NCBI GenBank assembly: GCA_947166105.1
Contig: CAMVCZ010000010.1
Span: forward strand, 3,037-67,036
DNA: 64,000 nt
Reading direction: 5' to 3'
DNA from: an uncultured Bacteroidales bacterium
GTDB taxonomy: Bacteria > Bacteroidota > Bacteroidia > Bacteroidales > F082
The position numbers were made by a program, and so were the translations under genes. Positions 37,558 through 46,366 of the stretch are shown one piece after another. How positions within the stretch are numbered: position 1 is the first letter of the stretch; every line of letters begins with the position of its first letter. Below the pieces are notes generated by a model. That model saw only the letters and a program-made list of their open reading frames with translations. It searched no databases and was not told the origin of the DNA.

Positions 37558-37565
37558 CAAAAATA
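37558..37565 (-). promoter_or_regulatory. -7 promoter box (TATTTTTG) heading the kinase-vWA-PP2C module
   Basis: The reverse complement of caaaaata, 23 nt upstream of ATG 37534, inside the only sizeable (55-nt) gap of the island. Confidence 0.45.
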
Positions 37566-37589
37566 CATATTTCTTTCCAGTATTGAAAA

Positions 37590-38363
37590 TCAAAACCAAA
37601 TCTCGTCATTAACGACACTCTCCACTTCATTTTCCAGCTTATCAGGTAAAGTGTAGAAAAAATCGATGCCAGTCAATGACTCAATCTCATCAATGGTCTT
37701 TGTATATACCGACAAAGGTTTGTGTCCAGCTACGTTCTCAAAATAAAAACCAACACCTTCATATTTGCCGTTTTTGCAAACCAGAAGCACCTTGTAGAAT
37801 GCATCTGGAACCGCAACCAGATTACGACCTATCACACCGTTTTTAGCTTCTCCTACAACGGGCCCGGCTGCAATATAAACATTTCCATATCGACGGGCAT
37901 AATCGCGGCATTTTTCCTCCAAGGACCGCCAATCGCCTCCATTCAAATTGTGGTTTTGAGGACAAATGTTTGTGAAATAGCAACTCTCCAACATGGCTTG
38001 TTCGTCCCACTTCATATCACCAGCTGGAGCAATGTGACCTTTGTCCCATCCCGTGTTTCGATAGTCATCATTGTCAGCTTGCTTCCCTCTCGCATCGGGG
38101 TCAGGAAAGTAACGGCTGTTTCGTTTGCAGGTGCCGTTCACTTCAATATCGGTAAGCTCGTATGCCACACAATTCGGCAGCCTCGTATCCTTGTTGTACG
38201 AAACCGTGTAGCCCATGTGTACGATAACCTGGTTTTCCCTGCTATCCATTACTCTTGGCGTTTCAATAGGTACAGTGTTAACCGCCTCGGTTTTCTTGAC
38301 GTTGGCACAAGAGACCTGCAAAAGCGTTAACAGCGTGGCAATTATGTAAATTAAGTCACTCAT
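37590..38363 (-). CDS. DNA/RNA non-specific endonuclease (Endonuclease_NS/NucA-like), lipoprotein
   Basis: Signal peptide with lipobox (MSDLIYIIATLLTLLQVSC). Active-site region GWDKGHIAPAGD (the DRGH equivalent) and NICPQNHNLNGGDW. ATG 38363 overlaps the channel stop (ATGA). Confidence 0.8.
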   Translation of the reverse strand: MSDLIYIIATLLTLLQVSCANVKKTEAVNTVPIETPRVMDSRENQVIVHMGYTVSYNKDTRLPNCVAYELTDIEVNGTCKRNSRYFPDPDARGKQADNDDYRNTGWDKGHIAPAGDMKWDEQAMLESCYFTNICPQNHNLNGGDWRSLEEKCRDYARRYGNVYIAAGPVVGEAKNGVIGRNLVAVPDAFYKVLLVCKNGKYEGVGFYFENVAGHKPLSVYTKTIDEIESLTGIDFFYTLPDKLENEVESVVNDEIWF

Positions 38364-39130
38364 TCGTTTGTTTTCTCCTCTTTTTTGTTTTTTGATTCTT
38401 TCAAAGCACGAAGTTCGTCCAAATAGCTTGCTGTGATAACACCTGATGGTAAGGCAATGATAGCCACGCCAAAAAGTGACGATAGCATACTGATAAACCT
38501 TCCAAGGTCTGTTACAGGACACAGATCACCATAGCCAACGGTTGTTAATGTGACCGTAGCCCAATACAATGCATCAAAGAACGAAGAAAAAGTCTCAGCT
38601 CCTGTATCAGGATTGACTCGTGGTTCCGCATTAAACATAATTAATGCCGTCAGGAATATGTAGAATACCGCTATCACTAACACGGTAAGAAGCACATTCT
38701 TTTCTTTCTTGATGACATTCAAAAACAAAGAAACTTTGTCAGTATACCTCAACAATTTGAGTAAACGAAACACACGCAGCACCCTCGACAACCTGAATAT
38801 CTTGAACGCGGGGTTCAATACATTCAATCCGGGCAAAATAGACATCATGTCTATTATTGCCATTGGTGTGAGAGGATATAAAGCAAATGACCATCCTTTT
38901 TTGTTTAGTTTCAGGTCGGCAGTAATCCACCGAAACACATAATCCACGATGAAGATAACAGTGGTTATCTTGTCCACTGCCTTGAACCAGGGCAATTCAA
39001 CAGTAAACATCAAAGGAATGATGCTTAATACAATAACAACCAACATGAAAACATCATACACCTTACTGGTGATGCTGTTATGGCTGTCCTTTTCGATGAT
39101 GTCAAATATTTTAGCTCGCGTATGCGCCAT
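38360..39130 (-). CDS. 6-TM voltage-gated-type potassium channel
   Basis: S4-like FRLSRVLRVFRLLKLLRY with Arg at every third position, and the selectivity filter TLTTVGYGD. ATG 39130 was chosen because the track start is a TTG. Confidence 0.85.
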   Translation of the reverse strand: MAHTRAKIFDIIEKDSHNSITSKVYDVFMLVVIVLSIIPLMFTVELPWFKAVDKITTVIFIVDYVFRWITADLKLNKKGWSFALYPLTPMAIIDMMSILPGLNVLNPAFKIFRLSRVLRVFRLLKLLRYTDKVSLFLNVIKKEKNVLLTVLVIAVFYIFLTALIMFNAEPRVNPDTGAETFSSFFDALYWATVTLTTVGYGDLCPVTDLGRFISMLSSLFGVAIIALPSGVITASYLDELRALKESKNKKEEKTNE

Positions 39131-39143
39131 AATCAATGCGGTT

Positions 39144-40319
39144 TTAATTTGTTTTCTTTAGTTCCGAAAGTATCTTTTCATATTTGATTGGCAGCACAAC
39201 GGATTGCTTGCTTTGTGAATCTGCCAATTCTATAGCTTCAGTTATTTCCTGATTGTCAGCAATGTTATCTCTAATCATAATAGCATCATCCATCGTCAAG
39301 ACACACGTAGTTGGCTTCTGCATTGGTTTAGTTGGCCTGATGAAATTGGAATGCGTAACGCCTCCATCTTCTAGATTCTTGATACTGGTAGTAAACGTGG
39401 TTGAGCGTATTGATTCCAATCGCATCGCGCCACGAACCATTTTTTCATTCATTACATGAGTCCAATTGTAAATGTCAGCATCTGGCGCAATCCTTTTGAT
39501 ATTCAGTGCCGCGAACCTGTCTCTTTCAAATTCCACCCATAGCTGCCCTTCAGTATGACCTGTTTTCCACATGGCCACCTGTACATAGCAGACGTTCACT
39601 GAAACGGTAAACATCAGACCTGCCAAATAATACGCCAAACTTAAAATGCTGTCAGTCGTTTCTTGTGTAATCTCTCTTTGTAGCTTGTCTTTGTAGGTTG
39701 AACCCAAACGTGCCGTATAAACTTCTTTTATCGCTGGAACACCCATGTCAAAGGGAAGTTCAACATCCAAGGCTACGCAACGATTCCGTTTTGTGTATTC
39801 CACATTCAGTTTCAGGTCGTATGGCAGCCTTAAATTGGAGAATATGGCACTAACCCCTGCCATCACATAGTCATCTTCGCCTGAGATGTGTTTCTCTAGT
39901 TTTGACTTTTCTTCAAGGAACGCTTCAAGATAAGTATGATTCTGTTTGGCCTCATTATAATCCTCCAGCTTTTCAAAGAAATCAGCCAACCTTAACCATT
40001 GCTTTTGACGATCATTAAAAGCTTTATCAAGATGAGTAGAAACATAATCGGCTACTTTTTTATCTCTTTCATTCGCTTCCGACTCAAACAGGAACTTCGC
40101 TTCTTCTTCCAGCAACGCTTTCACTTCCTTTTTCTGCGGCTTGGCAAAGCCAAATCTCTTCCTGGAATACTTCTTTTGTCCCAATTGCGTCAGTAGGTTT
40201 TCAAAGTACATGGAAGGTCTTATTTCTGGTATGTCTTTATGCAACCCAGTAAGCTTCTTGGTTAGCGCATTGGGCTCCAATCCCAAGTTAGACCTCAAAA
40301 TGGTGTGTGTGCTTTTCAT
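39144..40319 (-). CDS. hypothetical protein (391 aa), no family recognised
   Basis: Long ORF with normal composition, wedged between hxsC (16-nt gap) and the channel gene (13-nt gap). Confidence 0.6.
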   Translation of the reverse strand: MKSTHTILRSNLGLEPNALTKKLTGLHKDIPEIRPSMYFENLLTQLGQKKYSRKRFGFAKPQKKEVKALLEEEAKFLFESEANERDKKVADYVSTHLDKAFNDRQKQWLRLADFFEKLEDYNEAKQNHTYLEAFLEEKSKLEKHISGEDDYVMAGVSAIFSNLRLPYDLKLNVEYTKRNRCVALDVELPFDMGVPAIKEVYTARLGSTYKDKLQREITQETTDSILSLAYYLAGLMFTVSVNVCYVQVAMWKTGHTEGQLWVEFERDRFAALNIKRIAPDADIYNWTHVMNEKMVRGAMRLESIRSTTFTTSIKNLEDGGVTHSNFIRPTKPMQKPTTCVLTMDDAIMIRDNIADNQEITEAIELADSQSKQSVVLPIKYEKILSELKKTN

Positions 40320-40335
40320 CGTTTTCTCCTTCTAA

Positions 40336-41205
40336 TTAACTTTGCTTATTAAGTCCTATATACTCTTTAGCGGAAGTGCTGAACAAGCCACAACACTTTT
40401 CCTTTACCGAACAATCATCGCAAATCTTCGAGTATTTTATCTTCCAATCAGAAATGCTTCTTTTTGCAAACACCCAGCAATCTTTGGGCAACAGACATAA
40501 TGGGATATTGTAGACTGCAACTGGTACACCCCAACTATCCAAAATCATCGCTGCTTCTCTCAAGTAAGAGGCATATTCGTAGGGCTCAGCCCAAATCAAA
40601 GACTGGTTCTTGACCGAATATCCTATTCTTTCCATTCCCATGAATGCCACCCATGAGACAAAGGGCAGATTCTTGAAAATGAATTCTGCCATTTGCGGCA
40701 AGCGTTTGTAGTTCATGGCATTGATAACAACCCGCAATTCTATCTCTACACCCTCAGCAGCCAAATTATACAATCCATAAACGGTTTCCTCAAAAGCATG
40801 TTTGCTTCCCGCTATTGCATCATGGTCTTTCAAATAATCGGAATGTAAGGGTATGCCTACGAAAAACTCTTCTCCAGCGGCTTGTGCCACACGATGGGCA
40901 TAATCAGCATCCTTAAATTTTCTACCATTGCTAAGCAATTGAATGGCGGTGTTTGGCAGGTGCTTCCTGATTTCAACAATAAGATCAACTAGTCTTTCTC
41001 CCAAAAGAGTCGGCTCACCACCTGTTATTCCTAAAACCTTCAATCCCTCTGGAGCACTCTTCAACAATTGAAGATTCTTCTGATATAATGCTTCTATGTC
41101 ATCAACAGTCGATGGCGGCTGACAACACATTAGGCAATTATTATTGCATTGCTCGGTGACGAACAAAGCATTGTCGTTGGAATCTATGTCAAAACCATTT
41201 TTCAT
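40336..41205 (-). CDS. hxsC: His-Xaa-Ser system radical SAM maturase HxsC
   Basis: CxxxCxxC motif CNNNCLMC near the N-terminus, a C-terminal Cys cluster CDDCSVKEKCCG, about 290 aa, and a position directly after hxsB with an ATGA overlap. Confidence 0.8.
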   Translation of the reverse strand: MKNGFDIDSNDNALFVTEQCNNNCLMCCQPPSTVDDIEALYQKNLQLLKSAPEGLKVLGITGGEPTLLGERLVDLIVEIRKHLPNTAIQLLSNGRKFKDADYAHRVAQAAGEEFFVGIPLHSDYLKDHDAIAGSKHAFEETVYGLYNLAAEGVEIELRVVINAMNYKRLPQMAEFIFKNLPFVSWVAFMGMERIGYSVKNQSLIWAEPYEYASYLREAAMILDSWGVPVAVYNIPLCLLPKDCWVFAKRSISDWKIKYSKICDDCSVKEKCCGLFSTSAKEYIGLNKQS

Positions 41206-42605
41206 AGAAGCCAAGTTTTGAATATGGGAACAACTTCATCTTTACGCTCAACAATCAAGGAAATCAAGTATTCTATGATAGCCTTGTTTTTCTTACACAA
41301 CAACGATGATGGCCTATGGCCATACATATCGCCTTGTGTTGAATAGTTTCTAACGGGGTCTGCACCACAATACGCTTTCAACGCACAATCAGAACAACCC
41401 GCCAGCGATTCATTTGCCCAAATCTCAGCTATATCACGAACCTTATTTCCGTACACAACATCTTCATAACGGTCAAACACGCTACCAAGCTGGAATGTGT
41501 AGTCTCCCTTTTCCGCCAACATCCTTGATTCATCTGAAGCATACACGTAGCCGTCATAGTTGTAAACGAGAACAGAATTAACGATGCCTGCTGGTGATTG
41601 TAGGTCGACAAAACCAGTGCTAAATGGTGTGAGCATCTTGCGCAAAATAATGATGGCAAACTCTTCGGCAAAATGAACGCCTTGTTTGTTGAGCTCCAGA
41701 ATATGCTCAAATGCCTTTTTATAGAAATCAATAAACTTCCGCGTGTAATCTTCCCAATCAGGATTGTCTGAGGCTAAACCGTATGGATTTAAGGCTCTTA
41801 AAAACAAGCTCTTGAACCCAAGTTTAGCATATTCATCGACAATTTCTACGGGATGGTTTAATCCCCGAACTGATGTCGTCATCAATGCAGAAACTTGTTC
41901 GTTGCCTAAAGCTTTACGAGCCTTTTCAATCCCAGCAACGACTTTTTCATAGCTATCCGTTTTTCCTCTATTAGCGTTGTGTAAAAAAGCAGGTCCATCC
42001 AAAGAGGTGGAAATCATCACACGATATTGCTTGCAGATGTCCAGCATCTCGTCCGTCAGATTCACACAGTTGGTGCAAAGCACATACCTCACTTCTCGGC
42101 CATCGACCAGCCTTTTCTCTTCAGCTTTTTCTATGCCGAAACGGATAAGCTCAGGATGTAAGCTCGGTTCGCCTCCTTGAAACTCCATCGTAAGGACTGG
42201 TGCAGGTGAACGGAACATGAGTTCAACAGAACGTTCCATTACTTCATACGACATAGTACAATGCTCACTTTGTTCTTTGCGGCTCGAAGCCTGGCAATAG
42301 ACACAATTCTGATTGCATTGCAAGGTCACGACAAAGATGTGCAATGCCGTGAAGTAATCCATAAACCGTTTCTTTTCTCTCAATCGAGCAGCATAAACAT
42401 CCAGTAGGGGAGGTACCAATTCTTCGCTGATAAAGAAGTTGGCCACCAAAGATTTATACAAATCATCTTTTCCCATTTGTCGGTCAATAATCCGTTGGAC
42501 TGTGCCCTCTGGAACAACCATCATATCACCCACTTCGTTGACAAGTATTTCTTTGTCAGCAATTCGGGTGAAATTAAATGGTAAAAGATGATACTGCATT
42601 TTCAT
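41202..42605 (-). CDS. hxsB: His-Xaa-Ser system radical SAM/SPASM maturase HxsB
   Basis: CNQNCVYC radical SAM motif and a C-terminal SPASM-like CSDCALKAYCG..LC. 467 aa, with ATGA overlaps on both sides. Confidence 0.8.
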   Translation of the reverse strand: MKMQYHLLPFNFTRIADKEILVNEVGDMMVVPEGTVQRIIDRQMGKDDLYKSLVANFFISEELVPPLLDVYAARLREKKRFMDYFTALHIFVVTLQCNQNCVYCQASSRKEQSEHCTMSYEVMERSVELMFRSPAPVLTMEFQGGEPSLHPELIRFGIEKAEEKRLVDGREVRYVLCTNCVNLTDEMLDICKQYRVMISTSLDGPAFLHNANRGKTDSYEKVVAGIEKARKALGNEQVSALMTTSVRGLNHPVEIVDEYAKLGFKSLFLRALNPYGLASDNPDWEDYTRKFIDFYKKAFEHILELNKQGVHFAEEFAIIILRKMLTPFSTGFVDLQSPAGIVNSVLVYNYDGYVYASDESRMLAEKGDYTFQLGSVFDRYEDVVYGNKVRDIAEIWANESLAGCSDCALKAYCGADPVRNYSTQGDMYGHRPSSLLCKKNKAIIEYLISLIVERKDEVVPIFKTWLL

Positions 42606-42898
42606 TCGGCTTCCTCGATATTAAAATCTTCGTAGTCGGCAAATGCTTTTGCATACAAGATTGTTCGGATGTCTTTTGTTTCTTCTGCTACTATTTGCCT
42701 CAATTTAAAGTCGTTCAACTTTTGAAGAAACAGTCTTTCGGCATCCTCATCCGAAATGAATCCATTTGTCGGAATCAGTTCTATGCTTTCAGTATTGCCA
42801 TCTAGTTGTCTATTACATTGAAAGACCTCCGATAAACTATATACGCATTTACTGATGCATTCATCAGAATAAATGTTCCTATCAATCAGAATCTTCAT
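42602..42898 (-). CDS. hxsD: His-Xaa-Ser system protein HxsD
   Basis: 98 aa. Contains KLNDFKLRQ, matching the LLNDYxLRE signature after which the TIGRFAMs HxsD model is named. Confidence 0.8.
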   Translation of the reverse strand: MKILIDRNIYSDECISKCVYSLSEVFQCNRQLDGNTESIELIPTNGFISDEDAERLFLQKLNDFKLRQIVAEETKDIRTILYAKAFADYEDFNIEEAE

Positions 42899-43770
42899 TT
42901 TGCAGATGCCTTTAGTCTTTCAATCGTAGTCCTGTCTGCTATTCCAGTGACTTCAAGTCCAGCAAAAGCTTGGAAAGTCTTTACTGCCTTCCTCACTTCT
43001 TCATTGTACTTGTTCCCATCCAGTTTCTCTGGCTCTGGTGGGAAGCCAGCCTTGTTTAAGAGTTCAATTAAAGCAAGCACATCTGCACCGCTATCATTTT
43101 GTTTCAAGTCCCTTACACCCAATACAAGTGTTGATTTTGAGCTGTTCCAAGTACCTAAAAGCGATACTTCTGTTTCTCCAACTATACCAGTTTCTTTGAT
43201 TTTAGCGTCTTTTTGGAACTGCTTTACAGCTCTTTCAACATCTTGATTAAACAAGTAATAATCCGATTGCGTCGCTGAAAAGTCGTTCCGTAAATAGTAA
43301 TTAGACTGAAGCTTTGAAACCAATTCATTGACATCCTTTCCATACAGCCCTCTCTTTAATGTACGGTCGCCAAGTGAATAGGTCTTGTACGTCTTAGCAG
43401 CAGGTTTAGGCGTAGAATACAGTCCGCTTGCAGTTCCCGAGCTACTTGAATAATGCGAACTTGAATAGTGGGAACTTGAATAATGCGAACTATGCCCGCT
43501 TCTGCTCGAACGGTGTGAGCTGTGCGAACGGTGCGAGCTGTGTGAACGATAACTATCTACGCCAATCATCGTTCCATCCGGCTTTAGTTTTATAACATGT
43601 TTGAAAACCTTTTGCTTCATGATGTCTAGTTCTTCAGCATTGCTGTTGCCAAGATCGTCAAGTGATGGCAGTGTGGGTACTTCAGCCTTCAATTCAGAAT
43701 GAAACAGCGACAAAACGGCTGAGGCCAAAAGTGATTTGATGATTCTTTGAGAAGTCTTATTCATTTTCAT
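42895..43770 (-). CDS. hxsA: His-Xaa-Ser repeat protein HxsA with two C-terminal peptidoglycan-binding (PG_binding_1-like) repeats
   Basis: Signal peptide MKMNKTSQRIIKSLLASAVLSLFHSELKA. Repeat tract SHSSHRSHSSHRSSRSGHSSHYSSSHYSSSHYSSS. PG-binding-like VKQFQKDAKIKETGIVGETE and VKTFQAFAGLEVTGIADRTT. Start at ATG 43770 (ATGA overlap with the upstream stop). Confidence 0.8.
   Translation of the reverse strand: MKMNKTSQRIIKSLLASAVLSLFHSELKAEVPTLPSLDDLGNSNAEELDIMKQKVFKHVIKLKPDGTMIGVDSYRSHSSHRSHSSHRSSRSGHSSHYSSSHYSSSHYSSSSGTASGLYSTPKPAAKTYKTYSLGDRTLKRGLYGKDVNELVSKLQSNYYLRNDFSATQSDYYLFNQDVERAVKQFQKDAKIKETGIVGETEVSLLGTWNSSKSTLVLGVRDLKQNDSGADVLALIELLNKAGFPPEPEKLDGNKYNEEVRKAVKTFQAFAGLEVTGIADRTTIERLKASAK
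43441..43551 (-). repeat. coding tandem repeats specifying the H-x-S tract
   Basis: Plus-strand reiterations cttgaataatgcgaa/cttgaatagtgggaa/cttgaataatgcgaa and gaacggtgtgagctgtgc/gaacggtgcgagctgtgt. Confidence 0.8.
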
Positions 43771-45209
43771 TTTGTTGTACGTTTCTTTATAAAGTTCAGC
43801 CAATAATCATTGGGGTTGTATTTCAAAAGAGCCTCCAATTCTTTTTTACTATCTTCGCTTAGCTTTCCCTTGTTTTTAGATATGTCTTTCAATAATGAAT
43901 CAAACCTAATTTCAAAGGATTCATTTGCCTTCAATTGGTATCTTTTTACCACACTTTGAATCCTTTCAGTATACCTGCCATCATTTCTAACTTGCTTTGG
44001 AATAACTCCGATAAATTCCTCTATTGGCAAATAGTCATTATTTGCTGCTATGATGGCATTACATTGCCTTTCAAACTCATCAATGGCTTGTTCACTTAAT
44101 TCTTTCAGCTTCCCATCCACCTTAGATTGATACATCTGTTGCTTATAGCTAATCCCATAGAATTCTATTCCATTCTCGTATGCTAAATAGGCTTTGTCAA
44201 ACTGCTTCAATGACATCAAACTGTCACCTTCTCCAATCTTATTCTCGATTGCTAATATGCTGGGTTTGTTTGCCGCATATCGAGCCTTGGATATGGCAAT
44301 TATTGTGAGGACAGCAACTATTATCGCAATCATTGAGAACAATGCAATACGGACAGATTTTCTTCGCTTATTAGCTGCGTCAATTGCAGCTTGCATGTCC
44401 TTTTTGCTGTCGAATGTAACTGGCAACCTTAGTATAGTCTGTGCTTTACGCAACTTCATAGCCATTTCATCTAATTTGCTAACTGTGGCATCTTCATAGA
44501 AAGGCTTCGCTCCAGTAAGCAAACCTTTTGATACAACAATACTATCTGTCAATAGCTTGTTGTAATCCCCAGTCAAACTGTCAATTGTAGCTTGTGCGAC
44601 AGATTTCATTTTGCTATATGGTGCTCTATACTTAGCCAGGCAATCTAATTTCTTGTTCTTACACCAATCAACATCCTTTTCGTTTAAGTGCTGCATGAGC
44701 AATGCTATCTTTCCCTCCCAGAAATACAATTCATTACATGCATCTACACCATAGTATGCATCATCAAGCCCTAAGCAATCTTTTACTTTAGTGATAAGTC
44801 TCTCTAAGCTTTTTGTGTAACTCTTTTTTGCATTTTCAAGTTCCTGCTCAGGATCTGTAATCACAGCTTCAACTGCATCAGCATCTGAAATAAGCCCAAC
44901 GCCTTGAAGCAATCCATAGACCACATCCGAAACTTCTTTTTTGTCAAAATTGCCTCTTGAGACAAAGTCTAACACATAATCCTCGTTTTGCTGTTTCCAG
45001 TCTGCTTTGTGTTCATTCAGCCATCCAATTATCTTTGCGCCATAGCCATCGGCAATCAAACTCTTTATAATGAGTTTTTCTTTTCCATCCGCTATTCGAA
45101 ATGCTCCATAATCGGCCAAGACGTTTACAAAACTTGACGACCTAAGTGTATCAACACCGAGCGCATCTACTGCTTGCTTGACCGCTTCTTTGATTTGAAC
45201 ATTTTTCAT
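43767..45209 (-). CDS. hypothetical single-pass membrane protein (480 aa)
   Basis: One central TM helix (IALFSMIAIIVAVLTIIAISKA) between two helical soluble halves. Its stop overlaps the hxsA start. Confidence 0.6.
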   Translation of the reverse strand: MKNVQIKEAVKQAVDALGVDTLRSSSFVNVLADYGAFRIADGKEKLIIKSLIADGYGAKIIGWLNEHKADWKQQNEDYVLDFVSRGNFDKKEVSDVVYGLLQGVGLISDADAVEAVITDPEQELENAKKSYTKSLERLITKVKDCLGLDDAYYGVDACNELYFWEGKIALLMQHLNEKDVDWCKNKKLDCLAKYRAPYSKMKSVAQATIDSLTGDYNKLLTDSIVVSKGLLTGAKPFYEDATVSKLDEMAMKLRKAQTILRLPVTFDSKKDMQAAIDAANKRRKSVRIALFSMIAIIVAVLTIIAISKARYAANKPSILAIENKIGEGDSLMSLKQFDKAYLAYENGIEFYGISYKQQMYQSKVDGKLKELSEQAIDEFERQCNAIIAANNDYLPIEEFIGVIPKQVRNDGRYTERIQSVVKRYQLKANESFEIRFDSLLKDISKNKGKLSEDSKKELEALLKYNPNDYWLNFIKKRTTK

Positions 45210-45241
45210 AGTGAACTATCTAATTCCATTATATTTCTACA

Positions 45242-46336
45242 TTATACACTTACCATCGAAAGCAGGTTCACCACAAACCAGCTATCAAAACCTTGAAACA
45301 CCATTCGCTTGGAATTACCATCCTTCAGCACTTCAATGCCGTCGGAATACGGAGTGATACCAACCAATTTCTTGTATGGTATCTTCACACCTTTTTCCGT
45401 TGAATAGAATATGAAGTCCTGATTGGTCACATACAGATCGCCAACGGCTACTTTTTCCATATACTTATGCTCAACGGGATGTCCTTTTGACCTACCAGTG
45501 TGGTAATAAACCCCTTTCATTACCTTAAAGCTGAACCCTCCACTATTCCTGACAAATTCTTTCTCTATCTTTTCCTGATAGAAAGTTACATTGTTGTATG
45601 TCCACAACAATGATTCATTTTTCCCTAAAAGCACAGGAAGTTGAACAAATGTGGAGGGCATTATGCCTTTGGCAAAATTCTTCAGAACCGTCATTTGACC
45701 CAGCTTTGCCAAATCCGTATCCTTATATTTTACTGGCAGATTATCAATAGGAAGCGAAAATGCCGAAGCAAAAGACCGTATCAATCCTTCTTCCTTATCG
45801 GTAAGGATGCCGTCTTTCATAAAATTCTCGGCAGCTTTGTTCAGCACATACAAATAGGCTTCGTTTTGTTCCTCTTGATTCAAAGGAAGTACAGCCATTA
45901 CCTCACGAATATTGCGCTTTACCTCGTTTTCAGTAGCGCCATCTGTGAAACACATCACCAAATGCCCTTTCACTACTTTTTGAGCCAATTTGCTTAATGT
46001 GTTATCCTTGTTCAAAACATTGTATGAAACATTCAACAGTTTCATCAAGCGACTAACATTTTGTTCAACGGCGTGAGTAAATGGCCTATGTATGGCATCG
46101 ACAAACTTGTCCAAGGCTTTTATGGCGCAATCCGTCCTCTCATCATCTGTTATATAGCCCTTATTCTGAATCCCATTAAAACGTTCAACAAAGTCTTTGT
46201 TCGTTAGAGGCTTACACAAATATGAAAACAAGAAACCCTCCATTTCTTGGATTCCGTTTTCGTGTTGCTCTTCACATTCTTTGTGTTTCGTCGAGAACAA
46301 TCCAACATCTTTTCCGCAATACTTACATTTTCCCAT
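45242..46336 (-). CDS. hypothetical protein, N-terminal CxxC zinc-ribbon-like motif and C-terminal bacterial PH/GRAM-like region
   Basis: MGKCKYCGK..HKEC at the N-terminus. The C-terminal part (..LLGKNESLLWTYNNVTFYQE..GDLYVTNQDFIFYS..) resembles bPH/YokE-like domains. This is the first gene after the island promoter box. ATG 46336 was chosen because the track start is a TTG. Confidence 0.55.
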   Translation of the reverse strand: MGKCKYCGKDVGLFSTKHKECEEQHENGIQEMEGFLFSYLCKPLTNKDFVERFNGIQNKGYITDDERTDCAIKALDKFVDAIHRPFTHAVEQNVSRLMKLLNVSYNVLNKDNTLSKLAQKVVKGHLVMCFTDGATENEVKRNIREVMAVLPLNQEEQNEAYLYVLNKAAENFMKDGILTDKEEGLIRSFASAFSLPIDNLPVKYKDTDLAKLGQMTVLKNFAKGIMPSTFVQLPVLLGKNESLLWTYNNVTFYQEKIEKEFVRNSGGFSFKVMKGVYYHTGRSKGHPVEHKYMEKVAVGDLYVTNQDFIFYSTEKGVKIPYKKLVGITPYSDGIEVLKDGNSKRMVFQGFDSWFVVNLLSMVSV

Positions 46337-46366
46337 TAGCAATGATTAGCCTCATAAATAATGCCG

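Noticed and set aside
37535-37630. Longer start for the kinase ORF (MKWRVSLMTRF..), and likewise 38364..38522 for the nuclease ORF
   Set aside because: The extensions overlap the preceding gene or the promoter box and add non-homologous sequence ahead of a clean kinase N-terminus or a lipoprotein signal peptide.
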